Below, piece by piece: positions 1 through 11,118 of a stretch of DNA of 42,538 nt. A program made the position numbers and the translations under genes. The notes beneath the pieces are model-generated. The model saw only the letters and a list, made by a program, of their open reading frames with translations, was not told the origin of the DNA and searched no databases. The stretch's first letter is position 1, and every line of letters starts with the position of its first letter. Location: contig JALDZX010000064.1 in the NCBI GenBank assembly GCA_022813865.1, positions 62,001 through 104,538 on the forward strand. The letters are read 5' to 3'. Origin of the DNA: Xylographa opegraphella (taxonomy: Eukaryota).

Positions 1-451
1 CCTCAGCTCAACGGCCCATACAACTCCCCTTGACCTAAGCCTCCGCGTCCTTTGTACAGCAAGAAAATCATGGCACCCGCACCTTTCCAGCCAGCTCACA
101 CCGCTCCATAAATACGCGGCCCTTAATCGTGAGCGAGGTCCCACCCGCTTTCCACAAGCCCACGGGAGCGCCAAAAAATTCTAAAGCTACATAGCATTTA
201 CTTCTTCATCTCGACCTTCGACTACGTCAATACCCAAGAAGACAAAAGCCCGCAGGAAGTTGCGCAAGCTGGGACGAATCCGCACGGACATCTCTTTATC
301 GACACACATCTTGCACTATCTGGTTAAGGAGCTGCAATAGGCTTAGGCGGCTCACCGCCCATCAGTGCATGGGTGGAGGAGCTGGGAGAAGTGTACTGTA
401 CATTGGACGAGGAGGACTCAGCACCGTAATAACTATACATAATTCCTAATA

Positions 452-1409
452 ATGTCTCAAAGGCAAGCCAACACCGTCTGGCATGCATCGGCTCACCAAA
501 CCGCTAACACGACGCACCAGAAGAGAGTATCACATTGTTGTTCTAGGCGCTGGAGGGGTGGGCAAAAGTTGTTTGACGGGTTGGTCCGCCTGCAGCCTTA
601 CTCGTACGGCGATGAGCGAGAACAGAAACTGACTACTTTCGTCGGGTGCAGCACAGTTTGTTCGGAATGTATGGATAGAAAGTTATGACCCGACGATCGA
701 GGACTCTTACAGGAAGCAAATCAATGTAGATGTGAGGGGAACCGACGTCGTAACGAAGAATGACAGCTGATATTTCATAGGGGCGTCAATGTATATTAGA
801 AATGTACGCAGCTTGAGAGCACATGTGTTGAGGCACTGCTGACGAAACACAGCTTAGACACCGCTGGCACGGAACAATTTAGTAAGCATACACATCCTCT
901 CACCCAGCGCTGGTTCCGTGACTAACACAAATGCAGCCGCAATGAGGTACACGAGTGTCCACCCCACCACAAAACAGCTCTGACATCCTTCCAGAGAGCT
1001 CTACATGAAATCCGGGCAAGGTTTCCTCCTCGTCTTCTCCATCACGAGCCTCAGCAGCCTCAACGAGCTGTACGAACTACGCGAGCAGATCGTGCGGATA
1101 AAGGACGACGAGCGCGTCCCCCTCGTCATCGTGGGCAACAAGTCCGATCTGGAGGAGGACCGGGCGGTGTCGCGCGCACGTGCGTTCGCCGTCTCGGAGG
1201 GGTGGGGTCACGCCCCCTACTACGAGACCTCGGCGCGGCGGCGGGCGAACGTGGACGAGGCCTTTACGGATCTCTGCAGGCAGATCATCCGCAAAGATCA
1301 GGCTCTCTCGCAAATACCTGGGACGCCTCGGGGGGTACGTGACCCCCCACCGAGGCCGTGGCACAAGAAGCCGAAGAATAAATCGGGCACCCACTGTACG
1401 ATCTTGTGA
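452..1409 (+). CDS. RSR1: Ras-family small GTPase, Rap1/Rsr1(Bud1)/Krev-1 type; 7 exons (452-462, 521-579, 652-731, 781-803, 853-881, 937-946, 995-1409)
   Basis: Spliced product [46 protein letters not shown]...[19 protein letters not shown]...GNKSDL...ETSA...CTIL. It has G1-G5 motifs, the Rap-type DTAGTEQF (T at Ras Q61) and a CAAX end. Introns have branch-site-like motifs; intron 1 is GC-AG. Confidence 0.93.
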
Positions 1410-1631
1410 CGCAAGAGACGGATGTCATCCATATCACAGATACCATTTGGAGTCGCAATATAAACGCAGTTTAAGACGAGGATCAATTTCGTGCAGCTGC
1501 TTTTCAGTTACTGGGGTTCTCATCATGCACATTCACCGTCCATTTCACCTGATGGCTCGACTTGAAATCCTTGAACATCCGTACACCTGAACCCCAACCC
1601 ACAAAGTTACACATACGCAACCAGCCCCCTT

Positions 1632-3798
1632 TTACATCCGAAACACCCCAAACCTCGTCTCCGCCCCCTCCCCCTCCCCACCCATCGCCGCCCTCAGCCC
1701 CATGCCCAGCACCCGCCTCGTATGCGCCGGCGGGATGACGCCATCGTCCCACAGCCGCGCGGACGAGAAGGCCGCCTCGCTCTCGCGCTCGATGCGCGCC
1801 TTCAGCGCCGGGTCGACGGCCTTGCCCACTGTCTCCATCACCGCGCTCAGCTGCTCCGAGCCCATGACGCCGATCTTTGCGTTCGGCCACATCCACAGGA
1901 AGCGCGGCGAGTACGCCCGGCCACTGGTTTGCCCGCCTTGTCAGCCGGTCGAAGATCTCTTGGGTATCCCCCCAAAACGGGGCAAGGGGTGGGGGAAAAA
2001 GAGGGCAGAGGAGGGGCTTACCACATCCCATAATTGCCGGCGCCGGCGCTGGCGCCGAAGACCTAGAGGGCGGGGTCAGTGTCTCGGGCAGATTGAGCTG
2101 CTGTGAGAGTGAGGCAGTGACTTACGACGGTGAACTTGGGCACGTGCGCGCAGGCGACGGCGGTGACGAGCTTGGCGCCGTTCTTGGCGATGCCGCCCTT
2201 CTCCGCGTCGGCGCCGACCATGAAGCCGCTGATGTTCTGCAGGAAGACGAGCGGGAGGCGGCGCTGCGTGCAGAGCTGGATGAAGTGCGCGCCCTTGAGC
2301 GCGGCTTCGGAGAAGAGGATGCCGTTGTTAGCGAGGATGCCGACGCGGTTGCCGTGGATGCGCGCGAAGCCTAAGGGGATTGGAGGCGTTAGCAGTGGTT
2401 TCGTGAGGGGTTGGGAGGTAGTTAGCTGGGGGTTGGGGGCGTATGATACCGGTGACGAGGCTGGTGCCGTAGTCGCGCTTGAACTCGGCGAACTCGCTGC
2501 CGTCGACGATGCGGGCGATGATCTCGTGGGCGGGGATGGGCGTGCGGAGGTTGGTGCCGACGATGCCGGCGAGTTCTTCGGGGGAGTAGAGCGGTTCTTT
2601 GAAAGATGGGGGAGTGGGCGCTTGGGCGGGCCAGTTCAAGTTGCTGATGGATCGTCGGGCGAGGACGAGGGCGTGCGCGTCGTCCACGGCTAGGTAGTCA
2701 GTCACGCCAGAGATCGAGCTGTGCAGTTTGCCGCCGCCGAGGTCTTCGGCGGAAACGACTTCGCCGGTGGCGGCTTTGACCAGAGGGGGCCCGGCGAGGA
2801 AGATCGTGCCTTGGTTCTCGACGATGATGGACTCGTCCGACATGGCGGGGACGTAGGCTCCGCCGGCAGTGCAGGGGCCCATGACGACGGAGATTTGGGG
2901 GATGCCGAGGGCGCTCACTGTGCGGGTCAGCCAGTTTGTCGATTGAGGGAATGGGGGCTGAGCAACTTCTTGCTTGGTTGTAGAAGATACGCCCGAAGTG
3001 GTCTCGGTCGGGGAAGACGTCGGCTTGGTGTGGCAGGTTTGCACCGCCGGAGTCGACGAGGTAGAGGCATGGCAGTCCTGGGCAGGTTTAGCCAATATGT
3101 CTGTGCATCAGAATAAAGTGGTCGGGCAGACTGTTTTCCTGAGCAATTGCCTGTGCTCGGAGATGCTTCTTCACCGTGATGGGGTAGTAGGTGCCGCCTT
3201 TCACTCTGACCAGAACAGTAAGCTATACTGGGTCACGGCACAAGGTCATGAGTACCCACGTGCTATCGTTCGCAACTACCATACACGATACGCCTTGCAC
3301 GGTGCCGACTCCGGTGATGATACCCCCAGCCGGGACATCCTCATTCGGGTAAAGATCATGTCCTGCAAGCGGAGAGAGCTCGAGAAAAGAAGACCCCGTA
3401 TCGATGAGGGCCGTGATCCGACTACCGAACCTTTAGCATTCCCTTTGCGGTGGCATCCCGGACTGCAGCAAATACTCCCGCGGCAGCATCTTCCCACGAG
3501 CAATATGCTTGTCTCTTGCTTTCGGCGGCCCTCCAGCCTCAATTTTAGCATGAAGCTCGGTCATCTTCTGCATGACTTCTCCCATTCGCTGGGCATTGTT
3601 CTTATACTCTGCAGAAGAAACATCGACCTTGGTCGGCAGAACAGAAATTGCTGCAGCATGGTGACTGTATGTATAGCTTGCAACGCAACGCTTATGGCAT
3701 CGCTGAACACTCAATATTCGCACATCTGCATTTCCTGACACTCTCGAGCAACGCAATACATCTCTTCCTAGGCGGCAGAGCCGCGCACCTCGCGCCAT
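1632..3798 (-). CDS. mccB: 3-methylcrotonoyl-CoA carboxylase beta (carboxyltransferase) subunit, mitochondrial, multi-exon
   Basis: Exon peptides [104 protein letters not shown] and C-terminal FGVFRM. Arg-rich N-terminus from ATG 3798 resembles a targeting peptide. Confidence 0.95.
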
Positions 3799-4049
3799 GT
3801 TAATACATCTTTCACATGAAGGTTTGGAGCTGTAGCTTTGAAATGGAACCATTGAACAATGTAGAGCCCGGGGCATCAAGTTATAAGGCTGAGACTGCGC
3901 CGTGTTTAACCGAGGTTCAGCCCTAGATCCATGCTGGTATAATTCCCGATCGCGAGATTGTGTACAATCCTTTGTAGCGCACCTCGTCCTTATAAATACT
4001 TTCGTCATTTCAATACGGGTGCTTGCTCGCGGACTGAGCGCCTCAGATC

Positions 4050-4892
4050 ATGGTAAGTCATTCAGCTCTCACAAGTATAGCCATCCAATGCTAACCCCGA
4101 CAGGCGCGCAACTCGGAGAAAGCGCAGTCGATGCTGTTCCGCTTCCGGGCGCAACAAGCAGCAGACCTAGGCATCATCGACGCCGGCCGCACGCGGCGGC
4201 CCAAAGTCATCACCGAAGTCGCCTCCATCCCGGCGTGCGAGAAATGGCGGGGCCAAGTCCTCAAGGAGATCTCGCGCAAGGTGTCTCGGATCCAGGAGCT
4301 CAACCTGAGCGACTATCAGATCCGCGACTTGAACGACGAGATCAACAAGGCCATGCGCGAGAAGCATATGTGGGAGGTGCAGATCCGGAACCTGGGAGGC
4401 CCGAATTATATGCGGAGCGGGAAGGTGTATGATGATGAGGGGAAGGAGATTCCGGGTGGGGGGAAGGGGTATAGGTGTGTTTTGGGCTCATGATGGGTGA
4501 AGTTGGAGAGGACGAGACTCTGACAGTGTGACAGATACTTTGGTAGAGCTCGAGAGCTGCCGGGTGTGAAAGAGTTGTTCGAGTCATCGAAACCAAAAGC
4601 ATCGGATAAGGCCTTGGAGAGTAGAGCCGATCTCCGGAAGCAAGTAGACGCATCTTACTACGGATATAACCTCGACGAGGAAGATGGAACGCTCTTGGCG
4701 TACGAGGCAGAGAAGGAGAAAGAAGCGTTCGAGAATCTGCAGAAGGAAAGGGATGGGGTCAGTGATCCGAATTGGGAGTCATTGCCAGGGGATGCTGGGG
4801 ATGGGAAGGGCTGGAGTTTACCGACAGCAGACGAGGTACAGGAAGAACTTGTGGAGAGGCGCCGGCGGAGGTTACTCGACAAACTCGGTTAA
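4050..4892 (+). CDS. ISY1: Pre-mRNA splicing factor Isy1; exons 4050-4052, 4104-4474, 4535-4892
   Basis: ATG|GTAAGT...GCTAAC...CAG|GCGCGCAAC gives [16 protein letters not shown]; also [47 protein letters not shown]. Confidence 0.95.
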
Positions 4893-5397
4893 AGCAATCA
4901 TCGCGAGGCTAAATATGTATTTAAGCAGTTGCTGTAAGAACCATGATATGTTTGAGCACATCATATTCCGCAGCCAAACTTGGGCTTTGACAGGATGCCC
5001 AGGCAGTTCCCGCTAAATTTCACAATTGAATAGCAGACAAAGACACTTCTGTGTTTTGGTTAGAACGATTGGTGGGACTTCCTTGGATACTTTATGTCAA
5101 AGAGACCAATAAGAGCTACAGTTTTAGCTCAATCGCATAAATTTCTGGCAAATCCAATAGTGGCCCGATCTTGCTGAAACAAGACTTCTTAGAGCTATGT
5201 ACGAGTGGTCTTCTAAACATTCTCTCTAAACATTCTCTCATACACCATCGCTTACAGTCATAAAATCAGAAAAGGACGAAAAGTGTATATTGCAATTTCG
5301 CGACGAGTTACGCAGACCCAATTATCCACCCACTGGTATCCAAGAGTCATAAGTTATCTTTACAGATCTGAATCACCAAACAATGGCTCTGCGTCAA

Positions 5398-6771
5398 TCA
5401 CACAAGCACATCCGGGTGTTCCGCTCTTCGCTTTGCCGTTCCAATACCACTGATACCCTTCTCCTGGTTCCGTCCCAGCCATGGCTTCAGGCTCTCCCCA
5501 AAGACTTGCTTACCCACGAAGTAGATGATGAGACCGCCGACTATGCAAACAAAGGCAATCGGGTATAAGAAGTAGACCGTCAATCCAAACACCTGGATAC
5601 CGATGATGGCACCCCAGAAGTTGCTTGTTAAAAGACTGATGTTGAAAAATGCTGCGCTGCCCATGCGAAAGACCACTGGTGCAAGAGAGTAGAAGATGGT
5701 GAGAGCGAGGGTGTAGCCAACAATATAGCCACCAATGGGTCCATTCCATGTCGCGGATTGGAAAGAGCCACGATCAAATATGCCAGCTTGGACACCATTG
5801 ATGATCATTCCCCAAAAACCCAATTGCCCAACAACCTCGTATAGAGGTCGTTCAGACGCTAGAAATTCTTCCGCGACGTTACTTGCGCCGTAAAATGTAG
5901 CGCCCAGTAATGCGAACAAGTCACCTTTCAGCTGATCACCGTTACTGACACTGTATTGATTTGTGCCGGTGATGTGATCCGAGCCGATCAAGATACCCAG
6001 ACCACCAATGCAGATGAATATGCCGACGACTTGGGCGGGATGGTACCGAACTTTGAGGAATAGGAAGGAGACAATGACCACTATCACAATAGCCCAAAAG
6101 TTGATCAATTCGGCCGACAGGATTGTAGTATATCTATATGCGAGCACCGTGAAGTAATTTCCTTCCACATCGCAGAAGGACAAAATTATGTCTAAGCGGT
6201 CATCTTTGATTAGCGTATGACCAAAGAGCCGGAGCACAATGCGGAAATTACGGTAAGAAGGATAAACTTACATTTCCAGCCGTGTGTCCAAAGGAACCGA
6301 CAATATCCTTTGAAGCCATACCTGTAGATGGTATACGAAGTGTAGATGAGGTTCAGAAGGACGTAGTTGAACCAAGTCTGAAAAGCAGGAATTGAGTTTC
6401 CGTTATTTGCAAGGAGTGACGAGAACGTGTTCGTTGCTGTGAGGCAAAGAGACAGGACTTGTCTGCATATAGAGTTAGCATTTATCCAGTAATAATATCC
6501 GCACGGTCGTCGCCAGGATCCAATATGACGGCCAAGCTGTTTACACGTACCCCAGGATAAGGACAATATAGAATTGCTTCGTCTTGAAATAGGCAAAGCG
6601 CCCCTTCTTACGTGTCTCAAGCTCCGCAATAGCTATTCCTGAAGCTGGAACATCCCTATCATCTACAATCTCTGGCTCGCCGTGCGCTCGGATGCCTACA
6701 CCATCGAAATCACTTGGTCCGGCTTCTGAAATGTGAGTCTTTCCCACGTCCTTCATCTCGAAGCTTCGCAT
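5398..6771 (-). CDS. SLC35F1/F2-like (DUF914) DMT-superfamily membrane transporter, 3 exons
   Basis: Motifs FKTKQFYIVLILGQVLSLCLTATNTFSSLL, SIPAFQTWFNYVLL, DVEGNYFTVLAYRYTTILSAELINFW, GDLFALLGATFYGASNVAEEF, FFNISLLTSNFW; multiple hydrophobic segments. Confidence 0.88.
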
Positions 6772-7501
6772 GCTTATTGAGAGATATATGAGTCTCGAGT
6801 GTTCTCAATCTTGCCTGTATACAATAAGGCCAATTACAGTACTCCGTATAAATTTAGCAGTCAATGGCAGGACGAAAAGCTGAAAAAGCTGAACAGACTG
6901 GAGCTTTCGTCGGGTCAAGTGAGCGCAAAGACTCCAGGAAGTCGCTCACTTGCAATCACCTACGCTGAAACAGTCGCAAATCTTTGCAGAGATAAAAGCA
7001 GAAAAAGATTTATCACAAAAGCAGACTTTGTGCTTAAAAAGGCTTGGCGTGAAAACCCCCACGGTGGGGTAAATATTGATCGGCAGAGGCCGAGACTCCG
7101 CGCTATGGATGAGAGCATGAATTAAGGTAGATCCATCACTGTTGATTGATTGTCTTTCCGATCGCTTGATCGGGGTTTTCACCTTTCAAACCCAAGAACG
7201 TGTTGGCACAATCATCTTTGCCCTCTCAGTTTGCATGCACAATCCCGGCCGCAACTCCTATCCTAGTCCTGACCAGTAGTAGCCACCACTGCGAAAGCTG
7301 CCACGTTGGCGAGCACAGCGGACAGTTCCAAGATGTGTGCGAGCGGCCTGTCCGTGGATACTAAAGCAATGTATATGTAGCATCCTAATCTTTGAAAATA
7401 TACTCCTCGTGCCATCGACTGTGTAGCTCAGATAATATCTTCTTCGATGGATATTACAGAAACGTAATGTCGGTATCAGAGTTTTGCACACAAGTCCCAT
7501 T

Positions 7502-8521
7502 TTAGAAAACTCTGGCTGCCATTGAAGCTTTGAGAACTCTCTGGAACAGACCGACGTACTCCGAATTCAGCATTTTGGAGTACAGGCCTTCGTATTCGTG
7601 GTACCTGGGCGTCCCGATGGAGAAGTCGCTCCATCGGACCAGATGCTCGTCCATCCATTCTCGGCGACTCTTAGCCACGACTTGAAGAGGAGTGACCCAG
7701 AAAACACCCATTGCACGCACTCTACCTTCAGGCGTGATACTTCTTGCCTGCTTCGCTAAAAGCGTTATTGACATTCGCCGTTTTATGCCGCCGGTTCCTG
7801 TTTAACGCAAGCTCGTCAAGGCGCTGTGGCGGTGCGCGCGCTATGATAAAACCAAGCGCTTGACTTTGCGAGAGGGAGCGTAGGTCTGAAGCTATGCTGG
7901 AGGACTTCTCCTCGCTGGTAAGCTCAAGAAAGTAGTCCACGTTGAGCAAAACATCGATCCAGTCGAGCTTTTTGAATCAAACATCGGATGTGTGGTGGCG
8001 TATTCATCATACCTAGGAATTCAACCGCGTCGCCGATTAAATCGAGCCTCTGGATCTCGATCAAGCTTGCCACATGGTCGAAACAAATCCCGTCGAGGAA
8101 CACGTCCGCCCCTGTAGTTTCGAAGAATTCGTTCTTTCCTTCGACCGATGCAATGTATCTTAGTGAGAACGACTGGAGATTGACGAAGATCACCTATATG
8201 TATCAGGTGAGCTCGGCGGCGGGACGCTTCGGCGGGAAGTGGTGTCGAAATGGCAGGTAAGAGACCAGCAATCACCACAGCCCAGAACCACTCGACATTC
8301 CCTTGAAGGAATTCGAAGTGCAAGAGAACCCCTTTTCTCCGTCGAAGTCCAAGCAAAGTATTCACACATCTTGCTCTCAAGATGGTCACCTTTAGTAGTT
8401 CATGATCTGTTATTCTTGAACACGTCAACTGATTTCCTTCTTCGTATGTGGTAAGTCCAGAGGACGATTCAGCTGCCCTATGAAGCACTCGCGCCAATGT
8501 GCTTGCTGCAACGGTCGACAT
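7502..8521 (-). pseudogene. Internally deleted, frameshifted NRPS-like A-T-TE enzyme (atromentin/aspulvinone/microperfuranone synthetase family) relic
   Basis: Colinear fragments in different frames: A-domain N-terminus (VLLHFE..GNVEWFWAVVIAGLLPAISTPL..HLIHIGDLRQSPVVLT), short A segment (ASVEGK..DVFLDGICFDHVASLIEI), then TE C-terminal part (EFLGMMNTPPHI..LDWIDVLLNVDYFLEL..VFWVTPL..EWMDEHLVRWSDFS..RYHEYEGLYSKML..FQRVLKASMAAR). About 1 kb, far shorter than a full A-T-TE gene. Confidence 0.8.
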
Positions 8522-9311
8522 AACTTCAAGGAAGGTGAGATGTCAATGATTTAAGCTTCTCACGTGCTGGCGTTGATCGTGGTGAGGCGAAAAGCCTGCT
8601 GATGGCGTCCACAGCATTATCAGGTAACTTCAGAGCCCACATACAATGGCCCGAGTCCTTGTGAATATAAACACTCGTGTTCCTCGCTTGGGGTGGAAGA
8701 GCTCCGAGCACAGCCTCCATCTCTTGGGATCAATCCAAGTATAACAAGCATCATGAGGTGGACCAGGATTACTATTTCATGGACATGGCTGCAGAGATAA
8801 CATCCAGGCTTTCCGCCAGCTCGGAACCGTGCTTCATCTTTCAGCGCAATTTGCCCAGGAAGTGCCCTTTCGGATCGTCGACTTTCTTTGGCCGACAAGT
8901 CATACGGGCACAGGTTGAGCAACAGCGGAAGTGGAGGATGAGCGCCGTCGACATAGAGTGAGCGAGTTGTGTAACATAGGTATGGGACACAGCCTAGCGA
9001 AAAGACATGGGGTAACATTGCATGCTGCGTCACAATGTCACGCAGTATCACAAATCCTTCGTTGCCAATGCCAACTGATGCTTCGCCCCTTGATACGTAA
9101 AGGGCCTACCAGGCGGCTGATGGCAGCTGCTCATTGGTCTATTCAGTAGTGCTCGGCAGCAATCCTTCCTCGGTTGTTCCATGTGCAGACCTCTGTAATC
9201 TATCCCAAGCCTGGCCTGGATCGAGGGCTGTTGCTACAAAGCTCCTTCAACTCCGCACTTTTGCACCGCTCTTCCCCTTTAACAGCCGTGTTGCCAACTC
9301 TTCGCTCGGAC

Positions 9312-10279
9312 ATGAGCAAAAGTATACACCGAGAAGGGCATCACGGGCCGAGTGTTTTTGACAATCGGTCTCAACTCGACCCTACCGCTCGTCCAGCATG
9401 GTTCACCGAGCACATCGAGACTATTCCCGAGGCAGGAAGACGCCTTCTCGAGCAATATAGCGGTCTTCCTCCGGAGCAAGTCCTATCACACGTAATTGCC
9501 GTGGTAAATATTTGGGCCATCGTCTGTTCCCCCAATACTGTACTTGCTTATGATATGATTACTAGCGTGACAAAGCCTTCGATATCTGGTCCTACGCCTG
9601 CATCGGCCAAGTTCGCTTTCTCGACTTCACTCTTCCCAAGCTTCCCTATTGGGTCGAGATCCTATCTCGACTTCGCTCGGATGCATCATTCGTCGACGCC
9701 GGTTGCTGCTTTGGCCAAAAGATTCGCTTTTTGGTTTTCAACGCAAAGATTCCGGCCACACAGCTGCGTGCCTTTGATCTGGAGCCTGCTTTTATCGATA
9801 TGGGGTATGAGCTTTTTCGCGACAAGGGCAACCTTGATGCACATTTTCTTTCCGGTAATCTGCTCGCAGACGACAGTTCGACTGGGGGACAAGAACTTGC
9901 GTCTTTGGATGGTAAGATGGATGTTGTGCATGTGGCCTCTGTGCTACACTGTTGGGCTTGGGACGACATGGTCGTCGCTGCAAAGCGACTGGTTTCTTTG
10001 ACCAGCAAAGATCCTGGATCGTTGATCGTGGGCAATCAAATGGGTAGTCTTGATGCCGGTCAATACGAGATGCCTACCGGAACCGGTTACAATTATCGCC
10101 ATAATGAAGAAAGTATGGAGCGATTCTGGCAACAGGTTGGAGAGGAGACGAATTCGAAATGGAAAGTCGCGTCGGGTATGTATCTCCCAGCGGTCGTGAA
10201 AGAGAATCGGGAGCATTCGTGGGCCAAGTCGGATCCGAATATGCGAATGATATGGTTCTGTGCGACACGTGTTCAGTGA
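9312..10279 (+). CDS. Class I SAM-dependent methyltransferase (fungal secondary-metabolism AusD-like type); exons 9312-9503, 9566-10279
   Basis: Spliced: LLEQYSGLPPEQVLSHVIAV|RDKAFDIWSYACIGQVRFLD...SFVDAGCCFGQKIRFL...DLEPAFIDMGYELFRD...DVVHVASVLHCWAWD...YRHNEESMERFWQQVGEET. DxGCCFGQ is the SAM-binding motif I variant. No lesions seen. Confidence 0.85.
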
Positions 10280-10975
10280 GAGCAGAATTTGAATGCTGTA
10301 CAAAGCAGTATTAATATCGTTCATGCGGTATTTCTATTCCGTTACGCCTGCAACCTCACTCTCTAACCCTCACCAACTCTACATCAAAGTCGTTCTGATG
10401 CCATCATCGTAGACTCACGGGTTCATTTAGGAATCGGGAACAGCAGCTTGTACAATAAATCTGAAGGAACATTTCTTTCAACGATAACTACACCGATGGG
10501 ACTTTTCAAGCATAAAGAAAGCCGCCAGCCTCAGCTCCCTTCAGCGATGAACGAATAGACATTGCGTATGAAAACTTTCGGCGACCACACTGCCGCCTCG
10601 ACAAGTCGGAGCCGATCGCCACAGGAGCCTGGCCTCCATGCTGATCACCAGTCCTAGTCCCTACGAGCCGAGCCTGCTGGCGAGCGCGATCAACAATCAT
10701 GCCCGTACGAGCTGGGCGAAATGATGGAGAGCCGGACGTTAGTCATAGTCGCACGAGCCGATAGTGAAGGATTCCAATCTCAACTCGAAGAATCCCTCGA
10801 AGAGGATTCGAAGAGGGATATTGAGGGGGAGAAATTCGCGCAGGCAGCGTTACGCGCGGCGGCTGTGCCGTACTCCTGAACTCAACGCAAGCCGCTGGAG
10901 CCCCGTCTCCAGAAGAACTCTTCACCTTCTTAGTGATTAAGCAATGCACTGTTACCTGCTGCCATTACCTGTGCC

Positions 10976-11118
10976 TAGTGATTAGTTTCAATAGAAAAGA
11001 TAATCGATTACTTTTTCAGTAATCGTAATCGATTTTGATTTTTTTTTGTAATCATAATCGATTACTTTTATTCGATTATAATCGAATACACTCGATTTTG
11101 ATTACGATTTTGACTACA
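10976..11118. repeat. AT-rich tract of repeated TAATCG/CGATTA motifs; possible transposon-end remnant
   Basis: TAATCGATTAC twice, GTAATCGTAATCGATTTTGA, CGATTATAATCG, TCGATTTTGATTACGATTTTGA in about 140 bp. Confidence 0.5.

Noticed and set aside
1702..3738. Many long + strand ORFs over mccB
   Set aside because: Antisense shadows of a GC-rich coding sequence; no motifs.
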